Under the pieces are notes generated by a model. It saw only the letters and a program-made list of their open reading frames with translations, was not told where the DNA came from and searched no databases. The position numbers were made by a program, and so were the translations under genes. From positions 1-53,219 of the forward strand of contig JAZNRX010000227.1 of the NCBI GenBank assembly GCA_045590915.1: a DNA stretch of 53,219 bases, written 5' to 3'. This document shows, one piece after another, positions 9,071 through 17,953 of this stretch; positions within the stretch are counted from its first letter, which is position 1; every line of letters begins with the position of its first letter. The stretch is from Acutalibacteraceae bacterium (lineage in GTDB: Bacteria; Bacillota; Clostridia; Oscillospirales; Acutalibacteraceae).

Positions 9071-9243
9071 TATGTCCGCAGGACATAACATCGTTACGAG
9101 CAAGGCGAGTACTTCATTTGACAGTCTGCTGTCAACTTCATTGTCAATGAACCCGACATAAAACGAAGTTGCCTTACGGCAAATGAAGTGACTTTGTCAA
9201 TGAAGTGTACCTCACGGCACAATGAAGTTGCCCTTACGGGCAA
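9071..9243. repeat. Hairpin-array repeat, copy B (ATGAAGT word, divergent halves)
   Basis: Hairpins lie at 9071-9087, 9118-9135, 9169-9182 and 9228-9243. ACTTCATT occurs at 9111-9118 and CTTCATT at 9136-9142. The reverse-complement word AATGAAGT(G) occurs at about 9182-9190, 9199-9207 and 9221-9228. Confidence 0.65.
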
Positions 9244-9333
9244 ACAAAATTGATAAAATCGTTAACATTGTAATTTAATAATATATGTGATATAATCATC
9301 CCTACAAATAAGAATTTTTAGGTGTGAAAAAGA

Positions 9334-9681
9334 ATGATTAAACACATAATGACCTTAAACCCAATTCCAATGGAAAGCATTCGCAATGGATATAAAACAA
9401 TAGAATTGCGATTATATGATGACAAAAGACAAAAAATTGTTGTTGGAGATATAATAAAGTTTGTTAATGCAAAAAATACATTGGATACCTTGAATGTAGT
9501 TGTTGAAGACTTATATATTTTCGATTCTTTTGAAGAGTTGTATAAAGAATTACCGCTATTGGAATGTGGTTATACAAAAGACAATATAGATAATGCTTCT
9601 CCAAAAGATATGGAATACTATTACTCCAAAGAAAAGCAAAACAAATATGGTGTGGTAGGGATAAAAATATCGATTATTTAA
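9334..9681 (+). CDS. ASCH domain protein
   Basis: 115 aa: MTLNPIPMESIRNGYKTIELRLYDDKRQKIVVGDIIKF..., typical of an ASCH/PUA-like fold. It is visibly more AT-rich than its neighbours. SD is AGGTG. Confidence 0.7.
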   Translation: MIKHIMTLNPIPMESIRNGYKTIELRLYDDKRQKIVVGDIIKFVNAKNTLDTLNVVVEDLYIFDSFEELYKELPLLECGYTKDNIDNASPKDMEYYYSKEKQNKYGVVGIKISII

Positions 9682-9732
9682 TACACAACTTCCAATTCGT
9701 CGAGCTGTTGCTATTTTAACCTGTAAACACAG

Positions 9733-9764
9733 AAAAACCGACTTGTTTCGCCAAGTCGGTTTTT
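9733..9764 (+). terminator. Intrinsic terminator after the ASCH gene
   Basis: AAAAACCGACTTG / CAAGTCGGTTTTT form a 13-bp stem with a trailing T-run. Confidence 0.8.
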
Positions 9765-9787
9765 CAACTAAATCAACCCTTTCGGCT

Positions 9788-9943
9788 GGGTGAAATATTG
9801 CTTCGCAATGTGAAATACGAGCAATGCTCGTGTAAAATCGCTGCGGCGGTGGGTGGATTTAATTTCATATTTTGCTGTAGCAAAATATTTCACCAAAGGT
9901 GCAAACCTTTGATTTCACCGTGAGCGTAAGCGAACGATTTCAC
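9788..9943. repeat. Hairpin-array repeat, copy C (GTGAAAT word, convergent halves)
   Basis: The left half has GTGAAAT at 9790 and 9810 and GTAAAAT at 9832. The right half has AATTTCAT at 9861 and ATTTCAC at 9887, 9912 and 9937. Hairpins lie at 9797-9809, 9817-9831, 9839-9848, 9869-9886, 9894-9911 and 9919-9936. Confidence 0.75.
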
Positions 9944-10077
9944 TTAAAAATGTAGTGGTTCAAACCCATAACTCAAAATTTTAAAGGGCATCGAATTTGT
10001 GCTAAGAAATTTAGCAAATCCGTCATTTTATGCAAAAAACTGAGGTATTTTTCTATTTTCTGACACTTCTCTGCGTA

Positions 10078-10105
10078 TTGACATAAAACTCAGTTATGAT
10101 ATAAT
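10078..10105 (+). promoter_or_regulatory. Strong sigma-A promoter of the V-ATPase operon (extended -10)
   Basis: TTGACA (10078-10083), 16 nt spacer, TGaTATAAT (10097-10105). Confidence 0.7.
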
Positions 10106-10224
10106 TACTATAAATATGTAAACGAGGAGGGAGCCGACTGTCTGCAAAGAGGGTTGGTTCCTTTATGTCTTTTTTGCGGAAGAATAATTCCGCAATTTAT
10201 GTTTACTAAAAAGGAGACAGTGTT

Positions 10225-10842
10225 ATGGAAATTCAACTTCTGGAGCTTATTGAGCAGATAAAAAAAGACGGTGTTGATGCCGCCGAGGAAAAGGCTGCTG
10301 AAATTCTCAACTCAGCAAAGGCACAGGCTGAAAAAATTATTTCCGATGCAAAATTACAGGCAGATGCTCTTATAGCCAACGCTAAAGCAGAAAACGAAAA
10401 AACCGTGAAATCCGGAGAGGATGCACTTCGTCAGGCAGGAAGAAACCTTCTTATCTCTTTCAGAGAAAGTGTTGCAAGAGAGCTGAAGGCAATTATTGAC
10501 AGTAATGTCAATAAAGCTTTTTCATCTGAGGATTTCACAAAGCTTATCATCACGGCAGTTGAAAGCAGAACAAAAAATCCCGAAGCAGAGGATTTGTCTG
10601 TCCTTTTGTCATCCGATGACCTTAATAAGCTTGAGGAGGCACTTCTTTCACTTCTTAAAGAAAAAATGCTGGGCGGTGTCACCTTAAAAGCTACAGACAG
10701 CTTTGACGGAGGCTTCCGTATCAGTGCCGATAAGAGCGGTGCATATTACGATTTCTCCTCAGAGGCAGTAACAGATATGCTTTCGGCATATCTCAGTCCC
10801 AAGGTCACCGCACTTCTGAAAGAGGCTGAAAACAATGGCTGA
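10225..10842 (+). CDS. ntpE: V-type ATPase subunit E
   Basis: A/E/K-rich helical N-terminus (AEEKAAEILNSAKAQAEKIISDAKLQADALIANAKAENEK). First gene of the V-ATPase operon, with SD AAAGGAG. Confidence 0.8.
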   Translation: MEIQLLELIEQIKKDGVDAAEEKAAEILNSAKAQAEKIISDAKLQADALIANAKAENEKTVKSGEDALRQAGRNLLISFRESVARELKAIIDSNVNKAFSSEDFTKLIITAVESRTKNPEAEDLSVLLSSDDLNKLEEALLSLLKEKMLGGVTLKATDSFDGGFRISADKSGAYYDFSSEAVTDMLSAYLSPKVTALLKEAENNG

Positions 10843-11392
10843 TTATTATTTTATATCCCAGCTTCCGTCTCTTGACGGTATTTCGGAAGGCACTCCTCTG
10901 CCAATAACCGAGGAACGCTTTCTGGAGCTGAGTGAACAGAATCTGAAAAAAAAGACCTTCGCGGAGTTAAATAGGCTTTCTCTGATACCCGATAAAAATC
11001 CCGTAAAATCCGTCTCACAGCTTGTTGACAGGTGGAACGAGGAAGAAAAAAATCTCCGCCTTGTTTTAGGGAAGCTTCGTGCCCAGAGAATGAACAAAAG
11101 CTTCAATGAGGATGCCCCCGCGGTAAATCCTCTTATTATTCAGGCGGCAAAAACTGCCGTCGACTCAGAAAGCCCCATGGAAGCGGAAAAATTCCTTAAC
11201 CGCTTCCGCCTTGAGCTTCTTGAAGCTATGAGACCTCTCGATTCATTTTCGGAGGACTATATCTTCTACTATCTTCTGAAGCTTCGGCTTCTTTCACGAA
11301 TAAGGCAGTTTGACACCCTGACAGGCGAAAGGGAATACAAAAATATTTACAACTCCATAATCAGTAAGGACAGAACGGAGGAAACACAATGA
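10835..11392 (+). CDS. DUF2764-like V-ATPase operon protein (occupies the C/d-subunit position)
   Basis: MADYYFISQLPSLDG.... It sits between E and A, as in the Bacteroides/Treponema-type E-DUF2764-A-B-D-I-K operons. Its start overlaps the E stop. Confidence 0.6.
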   Translation: MADYYFISQLPSLDGISEGTPLPITEERFLELSEQNLKKKTFAELNRLSLIPDKNPVKSVSQLVDRWNEEEKNLRLVLGKLRAQRMNKSFNEDAPAVNPLIIQAAKTAVDSESPMEAEKFLNRFRLELLEAMRPLDSFSEDYIFYYLLKLRLLSRIRQFDTLTGEREYKNIYNSIISKDRTEETQ

Positions 11393-13164
11393 CCGAAAAC
11401 AAAGGCAAGGTTGTAAGCATCAACGGAAACCTTGTGTCCGTTAAATTCACGGGCAATGTTTCAATGAACGAAATATGCTATGTTATCGTTGACGGCACAA
11501 AGCTGAAAAGTGAAATTATCCGTATCCGCGGCGATATTGCACAGATACAGGTTTATGAAATGACAAACGGCATCAAAAACGGTGACGAGGTAGAATTTAC
11601 AGGTGAAATGCTCTCGGCACAGCTTGGTCCCGGACTTCTGGGACAGGTTTATGACGGACTTCAGAATCCCCTGCCCGAGCTTGCTAAAAAGGCAGGCTGG
11701 TTCCTTGAAAGAGGTGTATATGCCGACTCTCTTGACGGTGAAAGAAAATGGGAATTCACCCCCACAGCAAAGGCGGGAGAGGTTTTCCGTGCAGGTGAGT
11801 ATATAGGAACCGTTCCCGAGGGAGCCTTCACACACAAAATTTTCATCCCCTTCAACCTTTTAGGAGCATATACCCTTAAATCAATAGCTCCCAAGGGTGA
11901 ATATACGGTAAACGAAACCATTGCGGTCGTCACGGACGAAAGAGGCAGAGAAATCCCTCTTTCAATGTCATTCCGCTGGCCCGTAAAGCGTGCTGTCAAG
12001 TGCTACAGTGAAAGACTTGCTCCCGTTGAAACCATGGAAACAAAGGTTCGTCTTATTGACTCCTTCTTCCCTGTTGCAAAGGGCGGAACCTATTGTACTC
12101 CCGGTCCCTTCGGCGCAGGAAAAACCGTTTTACAGCACACCACATCAAAATACGCGGATGTGGATATCGTTATCATTGCTGCCTGCGGCGAAAGAGCCGG
12201 TGAGGTTGTTGAAACACTGACAGAATTTCCCGAGCTTAAGGATCCCAGAACAAACCGCTCGCTTATGGAGCGTACAATAATCATCTGCAATACCTCCTCA
12301 ATGCCCGTTGCATCCCGTGAAGCATCGGTTTATACCTCTGTTACACTTGCAGAATATTACAGACAGATGGGACTCAATGTTCTTCTGCTTGCCGACTCCA
12401 CATCCCGTTGGGCACAGGCTCTGCGTGAAATGTCGGGAAGACTTGAGGAAATCCCCGGAGAAGAAGCCTTCCCCGCATATCTCGAATCATATATTGCCGC
12501 ATTCTACGAAAGAGCAGGCTATGTCCGTCTCCCCGACGGTTCTGCAGGCTCTGTCACCATAGGCGGTACCGTATCCCCCGCAGGCGGTAACTTTGAAGAA
12601 CCCGTAACACAGGCAACCCTTAAAGTTGTCGGTGCCTTCCACGGTCTTTCCCGTGAACGCTCGGATGCAAGAAAATATCCTGCAATAGATCCTCTTATTT
12701 CCTGGTCAAAATATAAGACGGTTATAGAAACAAAGAAATCACAGTTTTTAAAGAGCATACTTCTTGACGGTGACGAAATCGGCTCTATGATGAAGGTTGT
12801 AGGCGAAGAAGGCACAAACATCTCTGACTATACAGTATACCTTAAGGCTCAGATGCTTGATGCGGTATATCTTCAGCAGAACTCCTTTGACCTCACCGAT
12901 GCGGACTGTACAACTGCACGTCAGCGTTATGTTACCGATAAGCTTGTAAAAATTCTCGGCAGTGAATATACTTTGGGCAACAAGGACGAGGCAAGAGACT
13001 TCTTCAACCGTATGCGTCAGAGATTTATTGACTGGAACTATACATCCTTTGAAAGCGATGCCTTCCAAAAGGCTGAAAAGGAAATTGATGCATTATACAG
13101 TGAGGGTAACGCAGCCTTAAGCGACAATGCCCTCAGCGTACTGAAAGGCGGTGCGGATATATGA
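11389..13164 (+). CDS. ntpA: V-type ATPase catalytic subunit A
   Basis: 591 aa with Walker [10 protein letters not shown], a Walker B-like segment [16 protein letters not shown], and a non-homologous insert region. Confidence 0.95.
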   Translation: MTENKGKVVSINGNLVSVKFTGNVSMNEICYVIVDGTKLKSEIIRIRGDIAQIQVYEMTNGIKNGDEVEFTGEMLSAQLGPGLLGQVYDGLQNPLPELAKKAGWFLERGVYADSLDGERKWEFTPTAKAGEVFRAGEYIGTVPEGAFTHKIFIPFNLLGAYTLKSIAPKGEYTVNETIAVVTDERGREIPLSMSFRWPVKRAVKCYSERLAPVETMETKVRLIDSFFPVAKGGTYCTPGPFGAGKTVLQHTTSKYADVDIVIIAACGERAGEVVETLTEFPELKDPRTNRSLMERTIIICNTSSMPVASREASVYTSVTLAEYYRQMGLNVLLLADSTSRWAQALREMSGRLEEIPGEEAFPAYLESYIAAFYERAGYVRLPDGSAGSVTIGGTVSPAGGNFEEPVTQATLKVVGAFHGLSRERSDARKYPAIDPLISWSKYKTVIETKKSQFLKSILLDGDEIGSMMKVVGEEGTNISDYTVYLKAQMLDAVYLQQNSFDLTDADCTTARQRYVTDKLVKILGSEYTLGNKDEARDFFNRMRQRFIDWNYTSFESDAFQKAEKEIDALYSEGNAALSDNALSVLKGGADI

Positions 13165-14456
13165 GCAAGGTATACAACAGAATAGAGTCCATCACCGGCA
13201 ACGTCATAACCGTAAAAGCCGAAGGAGTAAAATATAATGAGCTGGCACTCATAAACACCCGCTTCGGAAAATCACTGGCACAGGTCAACAAAATTGACGG
13301 CGATACTGTTTCACTTCAGGTTTTTGCAGGCGGTCAGGGTGTTTCCACAGGTGACGAGGTGCGTTTTTCGGGAAACGAAATGAAAATATCCTTCAGCGAA
13401 GACTTACTCGGAAGAATTTTCAACGGCTCGGGTGAGCCAAGAGACAAGGGCCCCGCACTCACGGAAAATATGACGGCAATCGGCGGTCCCTCCGTAAATC
13501 CCACAAACCGTATTCTCGCAAACCGTATGATGAGAACAAACATCCCGATGATAGATATGTTCAACACTCTTGTTGTATCGCAGAAGCTTCCCATCTTCTC
13601 CATTTCCGGTGAGCCCTACAATCAGCTTCTTGCAAGAATTGCCCTTCAGGCTGATGCAGATGTTATAGTTCTCGGCGGCATGGGACTTAAATATGACGAC
13701 TTCCTTTACTTTAAGGAGGAGCTTTCAAACGGCGGTGCCTTAAGCAAAACGGTTATGTTCATTCACACCGCATCCGATCCCACAGTTGAATGTATGATGA
13801 TTCCCGATATGGCACTTGCAGTTGCAGAGCAGTTTGCATTACAGGACAAGGACGTGCTTGTTCTTCTGACAGATATGACAAACTTTGCGGATGCCATGAA
13901 GGAAATTGCAATTACACAAGAGCAGGTTCCCTCAAACCGAGGCTATCCGGGTGACCTCTATTCCCAGCTTGCATCCCGTTACGAAAAGGCAGTTGACTTC
14001 GCAAATTCAGGCTCCGTAACGGTTCTCGCAGTTACAACAATGCCCGGTGACGACGTAACGCATCCCGTACCTGACAATACAGGCTATATCACCGAAGGCC
14101 AGTATTATCTCAAGGGCGGACGAATTGAGCCCTTCGGCTCACTTTCACGACTCAAGCAGAATGTCAACGGAAAAACCCGTAAGGACCACCGTGCTCTTAT
14201 GGATGCTATGATCCGTATGTATTCCTCCTACAAAGAAACGCTTGAAAAGAAAAATATGGGCTTTTCAATGTCAAAATGGGACGAAAAGCTTCTGAAATAC
14301 GGTCTTCTCTTTGAAAACAAGCTTATGGACCTGTCGGTAAATCTTTCCCTTGAGGACTCGCTGGACTTAGGCTGGAGAATTCTTGCCGACTGCTTCAGCA
14401 AGGATGAAACAGGTATAAAATCAGACCTTACCGATGAATTCTGGCCCGAAGGTTAA
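13161..14456 (+). CDS. ntpB: V-type ATPase subunit B
   Basis: 431 aa, an A/B-family fold without a canonical P-loop. The start ATG overlaps the A stop (ATATGA). Confidence 0.9.
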   Translation: MSKVYNRIESITGNVITVKAEGVKYNELALINTRFGKSLAQVNKIDGDTVSLQVFAGGQGVSTGDEVRFSGNEMKISFSEDLLGRIFNGSGEPRDKGPALTENMTAIGGPSVNPTNRILANRMMRTNIPMIDMFNTLVVSQKLPIFSISGEPYNQLLARIALQADADVIVLGGMGLKYDDFLYFKEELSNGGALSKTVMFIHTASDPTVECMMIPDMALAVAEQFALQDKDVLVLLTDMTNFADAMKEIAITQEQVPSNRGYPGDLYSQLASRYEKAVDFANSGSVTVLAVTTMPGDDVTHPVPDNTGYITEGQYYLKGGRIEPFGSLSRLKQNVNGKTRKDHRALMDAMIRMYSSYKETLEKKNMGFSMSKWDEKLLKYGLLFENKLMDLSVNLSLEDSLDLGWRILADCFSKDETGIKSDLTDEFWPEG

Positions 14457-14470
14457 GGAGGACAACAGCT

Positions 14471-15103
14471 TTGGCAAAAATCAAATTAACTAAAAATGAG
14501 TTAAAGGTACAAAAGGATGCTCTCAAAATGTACCGCAGATATTTGCCTACTCTGACACTTAAAAAACAGCAGCTTCAATCGGAAATAAGAACAATTCAGC
14601 AAAAAGCACAAGAGGTCCGAAAGGAAAAGGAGCAGCTTGAAAACGGCTTTTCCCAATGGATTGCCGTATTCAGTGAAAAGGATGCCTTTCCCGAGGGAAT
14701 TATTACCGTAAGCGGCATAAAAAAAGGCGTGGGAAACATCGCAGGTGTTGAAATCCCCACCTATGAGGGTGCCGAATTTACACGAAGCGACTATGATTTA
14801 TATTTCACTCCCCTGTGGGTTGATATAGCCGCAGACCATATGGAAAAGGCAATTTCCCTCGACCTTGAAGCAGAAGTGTTGGACGAACAGGTGAGACTTC
14901 TTGAAAAGGAGCTTACAGCCACCTCACAAAGAGTAAACCTGTTTGAAAAGGTCAAAATCCCCGAAACTCTTGAGAACATCAGAAAAATCTCGATATATAT
15001 GGCAGACCAGCAGGTCAGTGCCGTTGTACGCTCAAAAATATCAAAGCGTAAAATAGCCGCCCGTGATGAAATCCCCGCAGAAACGGAGGTCAACGCTTTA
15101 TGA
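14471..15103 (+). CDS. ntpD: V-type ATPase subunit D
   Basis: Long coiled-coil protein (KLTKNELKVQKDALKMYRRYLPTLTLKKQQL). TTG start with SD AAGGAGGA upstream. Confidence 0.85.
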   Translation: MAKIKLTKNELKVQKDALKMYRRYLPTLTLKKQQLQSEIRTIQQKAQEVRKEKEQLENGFSQWIAVFSEKDAFPEGIITVSGIKKGVGNIAGVEIPTYEGAEFTRSDYDLYFTPLWVDIAADHMEKAISLDLEAEVLDEQVRLLEKELTATSQRVNLFEKVKIPETLENIRKISIYMADQQVSAVVRSKISKRKIAARDEIPAETEVNAL

Positions 15104-17022
15104 TAGTACCTATGAAAAAAATATCGCTCATTGTGATGGGTGATAAGAAAAAGGAAACGCTGCGCATTCTTCGAAAACTGGGAATTCTTCATATAGAAAT
15201 TTCCGAGGGACACGGAGAGGAGCTTCAGCGATTAAAGGAAAAAAGGGACCTTCTTGAAGGTGCATTATTCATTCTTTCAGAAAAGAAAATCAAAAATGCA
15301 AAAAAAATAAGTGTTGATTACACCGAGGCACTGAACACTGCGAGAGAAATAATTTCTCTTGAGGAAGAAAAAAAACAGTGCTTATCACAGAAGCTGACGC
15401 TTATTTCAGAGCTTGAACGCTTAAAGGGCTGGGGAGACATAGAGCCTCTGAAAATCAGTGAGCTTAAGGAAAAGGGCATAGAGCTGCACCTTTTCGACTC
15501 TCCCGTATCGGAATATGAGGCTCTCGGTGAGGACGTTAAAACACTGTGCCTCGAAAAAACAAAGCACAGCGTGAAATTTGCACTCATCAAAGAAGAAGAT
15601 ACACCTGTTCCCGACAGCATAAAGGCATTTTGCCTCACCCTTCCCGAGATGTCTACGGCTGAAATAAAAGAAAAAATCAGACACCTTGAGGAAATTTCAG
15701 AAAATGCCGACAAAAAAATCTGTTCAATGGCAGGTACCGCTGACAGCATAAAGACTGCCGTCAACAAGCTTTTACAGGAAACACAGTTTGAAATCTTCAA
15801 CACGGGAATGGAAACTGAATATCTTTCTCCCGATGAAAGAAACGGCATATCCGTAGCATATTTCACAGGCTTTGTTGAAGAGGAAAACCTCCCGAAGCTG
15901 CAGGATGCCGCAAGGGAAAACAAATGGGGACTTGTTGTCAGCACTCCCACAGAGGAGGACGATGCTCCCACAAAGCTCAAAAACAATAAATTTGTCAGCC
16001 TCATTTATCCCCTGACAGACTTTCTGGGAACCGTACCCGGCTATTTTGAATATGACATTTCAGGCTGGTTTTTATCGTTTATTCTTATTTTCTTCGGAAT
16101 AATCTTCGGTGACGGCGGTTACGGACTTCTCATATGCTCGGTTACGGGAGCACTGATTATAAAATCCGTTGTATCAAAAAAGAGCATCTCCCCCGCATTT
16201 TTACTTGTGGGACTTTTAGGGCTTTCCACAATTCTCTGGGGAACGCTTACTTGCACATGGTTCGGTCTTTCTCCCGAGCAAATTCCCTTATGGCTTCAGA
16301 AGCTGTCAATTCCCGTAATCTCAAATGTATATGCCGACAAAATATGGTATCCCTTCTGGACAGGCGGCGAATACGGACTTACAACTGCACAGAATTTGCA
16401 GATATTCTGCTTCACGCTGGCACTTATTCAGCTGAGCGTTGCTCATATAAAGGTTGCCGTCAGAAACAGAAAATCCCTTAAAATTCTCGGTGACATCGGC
16501 TCTGTAATGCAGCTTCTGGGAATATACTATGTAGTTTTAAGCTTCGTTGTAAACGCACAGGTTTTCAGTTTCTCCCTTGTAATAGGGGGTATTCCCGTGG
16601 GTACTGCGGCTCTCATTCTTGTAGGAACAGGCTTCGTTTTAAGCTTCGTTTTCTCGAATTTCGAGGGCAGTATCATTAAATCCGTTCTGGCAAGCCTCAA
16701 AAACATCGTTTCCGTGCTTTTAGGCGTCGTAAACGTCTTCTCTGATATTGTTTCATACATTCGTCTGTGGGCGGTAGGTCTTGCAGGTGCGGCAATATCA
16801 CAGACGGTAAACGAGCTTGCAAGCCCAATGCTGGGAAAGCTGATGTTTATGATATTCGCAATAATTCTTCTTGTGTTCGGCCACGGACTGAATATGATAC
16901 TCAATGTCCTGTCGGTTATCGTTCACGGCATAAGACTGAACACACTGGAATTCTCATCCCATCTTGATATGTCCTGGAGCGGACACAAATTCACACCCTT
17001 CAAAGAACAAACTGATAAATAA
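15100..17022 (+). CDS. ntpI: V-type ATPase subunit I (a-subunit)
   Basis: 640 aa with a hydrophilic coiled N-terminal half and a multi-TM C-terminal half carrying the conserved Arg segment SYIRLWAVGLAG. Confidence 0.9.
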   Translation: MIVPMKKISLIVMGDKKKETLRILRKLGILHIEISEGHGEELQRLKEKRDLLEGALFILSEKKIKNAKKISVDYTEALNTAREIISLEEEKKQCLSQKLTLISELERLKGWGDIEPLKISELKEKGIELHLFDSPVSEYEALGEDVKTLCLEKTKHSVKFALIKEEDTPVPDSIKAFCLTLPEMSTAEIKEKIRHLEEISENADKKICSMAGTADSIKTAVNKLLQETQFEIFNTGMETEYLSPDERNGISVAYFTGFVEEENLPKLQDAARENKWGLVVSTPTEEDDAPTKLKNNKFVSLIYPLTDFLGTVPGYFEYDISGWFLSFILIFFGIIFGDGGYGLLICSVTGALIIKSVVSKKSISPAFLLVGLLGLSTILWGTLTCTWFGLSPEQIPLWLQKLSIPVISNVYADKIWYPFWTGGEYGLTTAQNLQIFCFTLALIQLSVAHIKVAVRNRKSLKILGDIGSVMQLLGIYYVVLSFVVNAQVFSFSLVIGGIPVGTAALILVGTGFVLSFVFSNFEGSIIKSVLASLKNIVSVLLGVVNVFSDIVSYIRLWAVGLAGAAISQTVNELASPMLGKLMFMIFAIILLVFGHGLNMILNVLSVIVHGIRLNTLEFSSHLDMSWSGHKFTPFKEQTDK

Positions 17023-17034
17023 AGGAGAATAGTT

Positions 17035-17460
17035 ATGAATTTAGGATTATTAGCAACAGCACTGGCAATGGGCATTGCCGCAACAGGCTCTGCAATCGGA
17101 ATCGGAATTGCAGGTCAGGCATCAATCGGAGCATGGAAAAAATGCTATATGAACAACAAGGCGGCTCCCTTCATTCTCACCGTTTTTGCAGGTGCCCCCC
17201 TCACACAGACCATTTACGGCTTCCTTCTTATGCAGCAGATGAAGTCCTCAAGTGCAGATCCCTCCTTCCTTTTCGGACTGGGAATTGCATCAGGTCTTGC
17301 CATGGCAGTTTCCGCTTACGTACAGGGTAAAGCAGGTGCCGCAGGTGCAGATGCTCTTGCAGAAACAGGAAAAGGCTTTTCACAGTACATCACAGTTGTC
17401 GGTCTTTGCGAAACAGTTGCCCTTTTCGCCCTCGTTTTCAGCATGGTTGCTCTCGGCTGA
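17035..17460 (+). CDS. ntpK: V-type ATPase proteolipid subunit K
   Basis: 141 aa, a four-TM duplicated c-type subunit with a carboxylate in the last helix (GLCETVALFALV). Confidence 0.9.
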   Translation: MNLGLLATALAMGIAATGSAIGIGIAGQASIGAWKKCYMNNKAAPFILTVFAGAPLTQTIYGFLLMQQMKSSSADPSFLFGLGIASGLAMAVSAYVQGKAGAAGADALAETGKGFSQYITVVGLCETVALFALVFSMVALG

Positions 17461-17521
17461 TTTATCCGACAAAAAAACACTTCTTCTGCGTTATGCAGAA
17501 AAAGCATTTCTGGTGAAATAT

Positions 17522-17560
17522 ACGGTGCAGCAGATTACTGTTGCACCGTGTTTTCGTTTT
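17522..17560 (+). terminator. V-ATPase operon terminator, embedded in a short copy of the hairpin-array repeat
   Basis: ACGGTGCA (17522-17529) pairs with TGCACCGT (17542-17549), then GTTTTCGTTTT. It is preceded by GGTGAAATA (17512-17520) and by the hairpin TTCTGC-gttat-GCAGAA (17482-17498). Confidence 0.75.
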
Positions 17561-17953
17561 ACAAAGCCTTTTTGAATTCTCTTTTCCGTTTCTGACATTT
17601 CAGCTTTACGGATTTGTGCATAATTTATTGATACAGATAAAACACTGAAAGAAAATATCATAAACACTATTCTTAAAGATACCCATCCCGTTTATCAGTA
17701 TGCAGAGCATCTTCTGATCACCGATTTTACAAACGCTGTGAATACGGAAAGAACTGTATAATTAATCTGTGTGCTTTCATTGTACAAATCAGTGACGGTT
17801 TCGTCGGAAGTGCAGATATCAGAACAACCAAGAAAGATTTTACTCTCTCTTGGTTGTTTCTTTTTCTTCTGCAATGAAGGGTATATGATTTGTGTGTTAC
17901 ATTATTCCGTTACGCCGAGTCCCAATTCATCGGCTTTGAGCTTCATTACCTCA

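Noticed and set aside
8932-9150. 72-aa ORF on the + strand
   Set aside because: It reads straight through tRNA-Arg and its terminator, so it is an artefact.
10165-10209. A 14-codon upstream ORF (MSFLRKNNSAIYVY) in the V-ATPase leader
   Set aside because: It has no convincing SD at proper spacing and nothing links it to attenuation, so it is probably fortuitous.
15318-16004. Long antisense ORFs inside strongly supported genes (228 aa opposite ntpI; also 31845-32411 opposite the Na/Pi transporter, 18305-19036 opposite GH2, 45995-46795, 6837-7376, and others)
   Set aside because: These are shadow ORFs with Ser/Leu/Cys/Arg-rich low-complexity translations. They have no ribosome-binding sites, and the opposite strand carries recognisable conserved protein motifs.
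10225-17460. Absence of V-ATPase C and F subunits considered as a sign of a degraded operon
   Set aside because: All seven ORFs are intact, tightly coupled and in the known compact E-DUF2764-A-B-D-I-K order, so this is not decay.
17627-17760. A coding-looking stretch (...FIDTDKTLKENIINTILKDTHPVYQYAEHLLITDFTNAVNTERTV, then stop) and the hairpin at 17822-17858 in the ntpK/GH2 intergenic region
   Set aside because: No start codon or SD is in frame after the upstream TAA. It could be a gene remnant or a small RNA, but I cannot support either from sequence alone.
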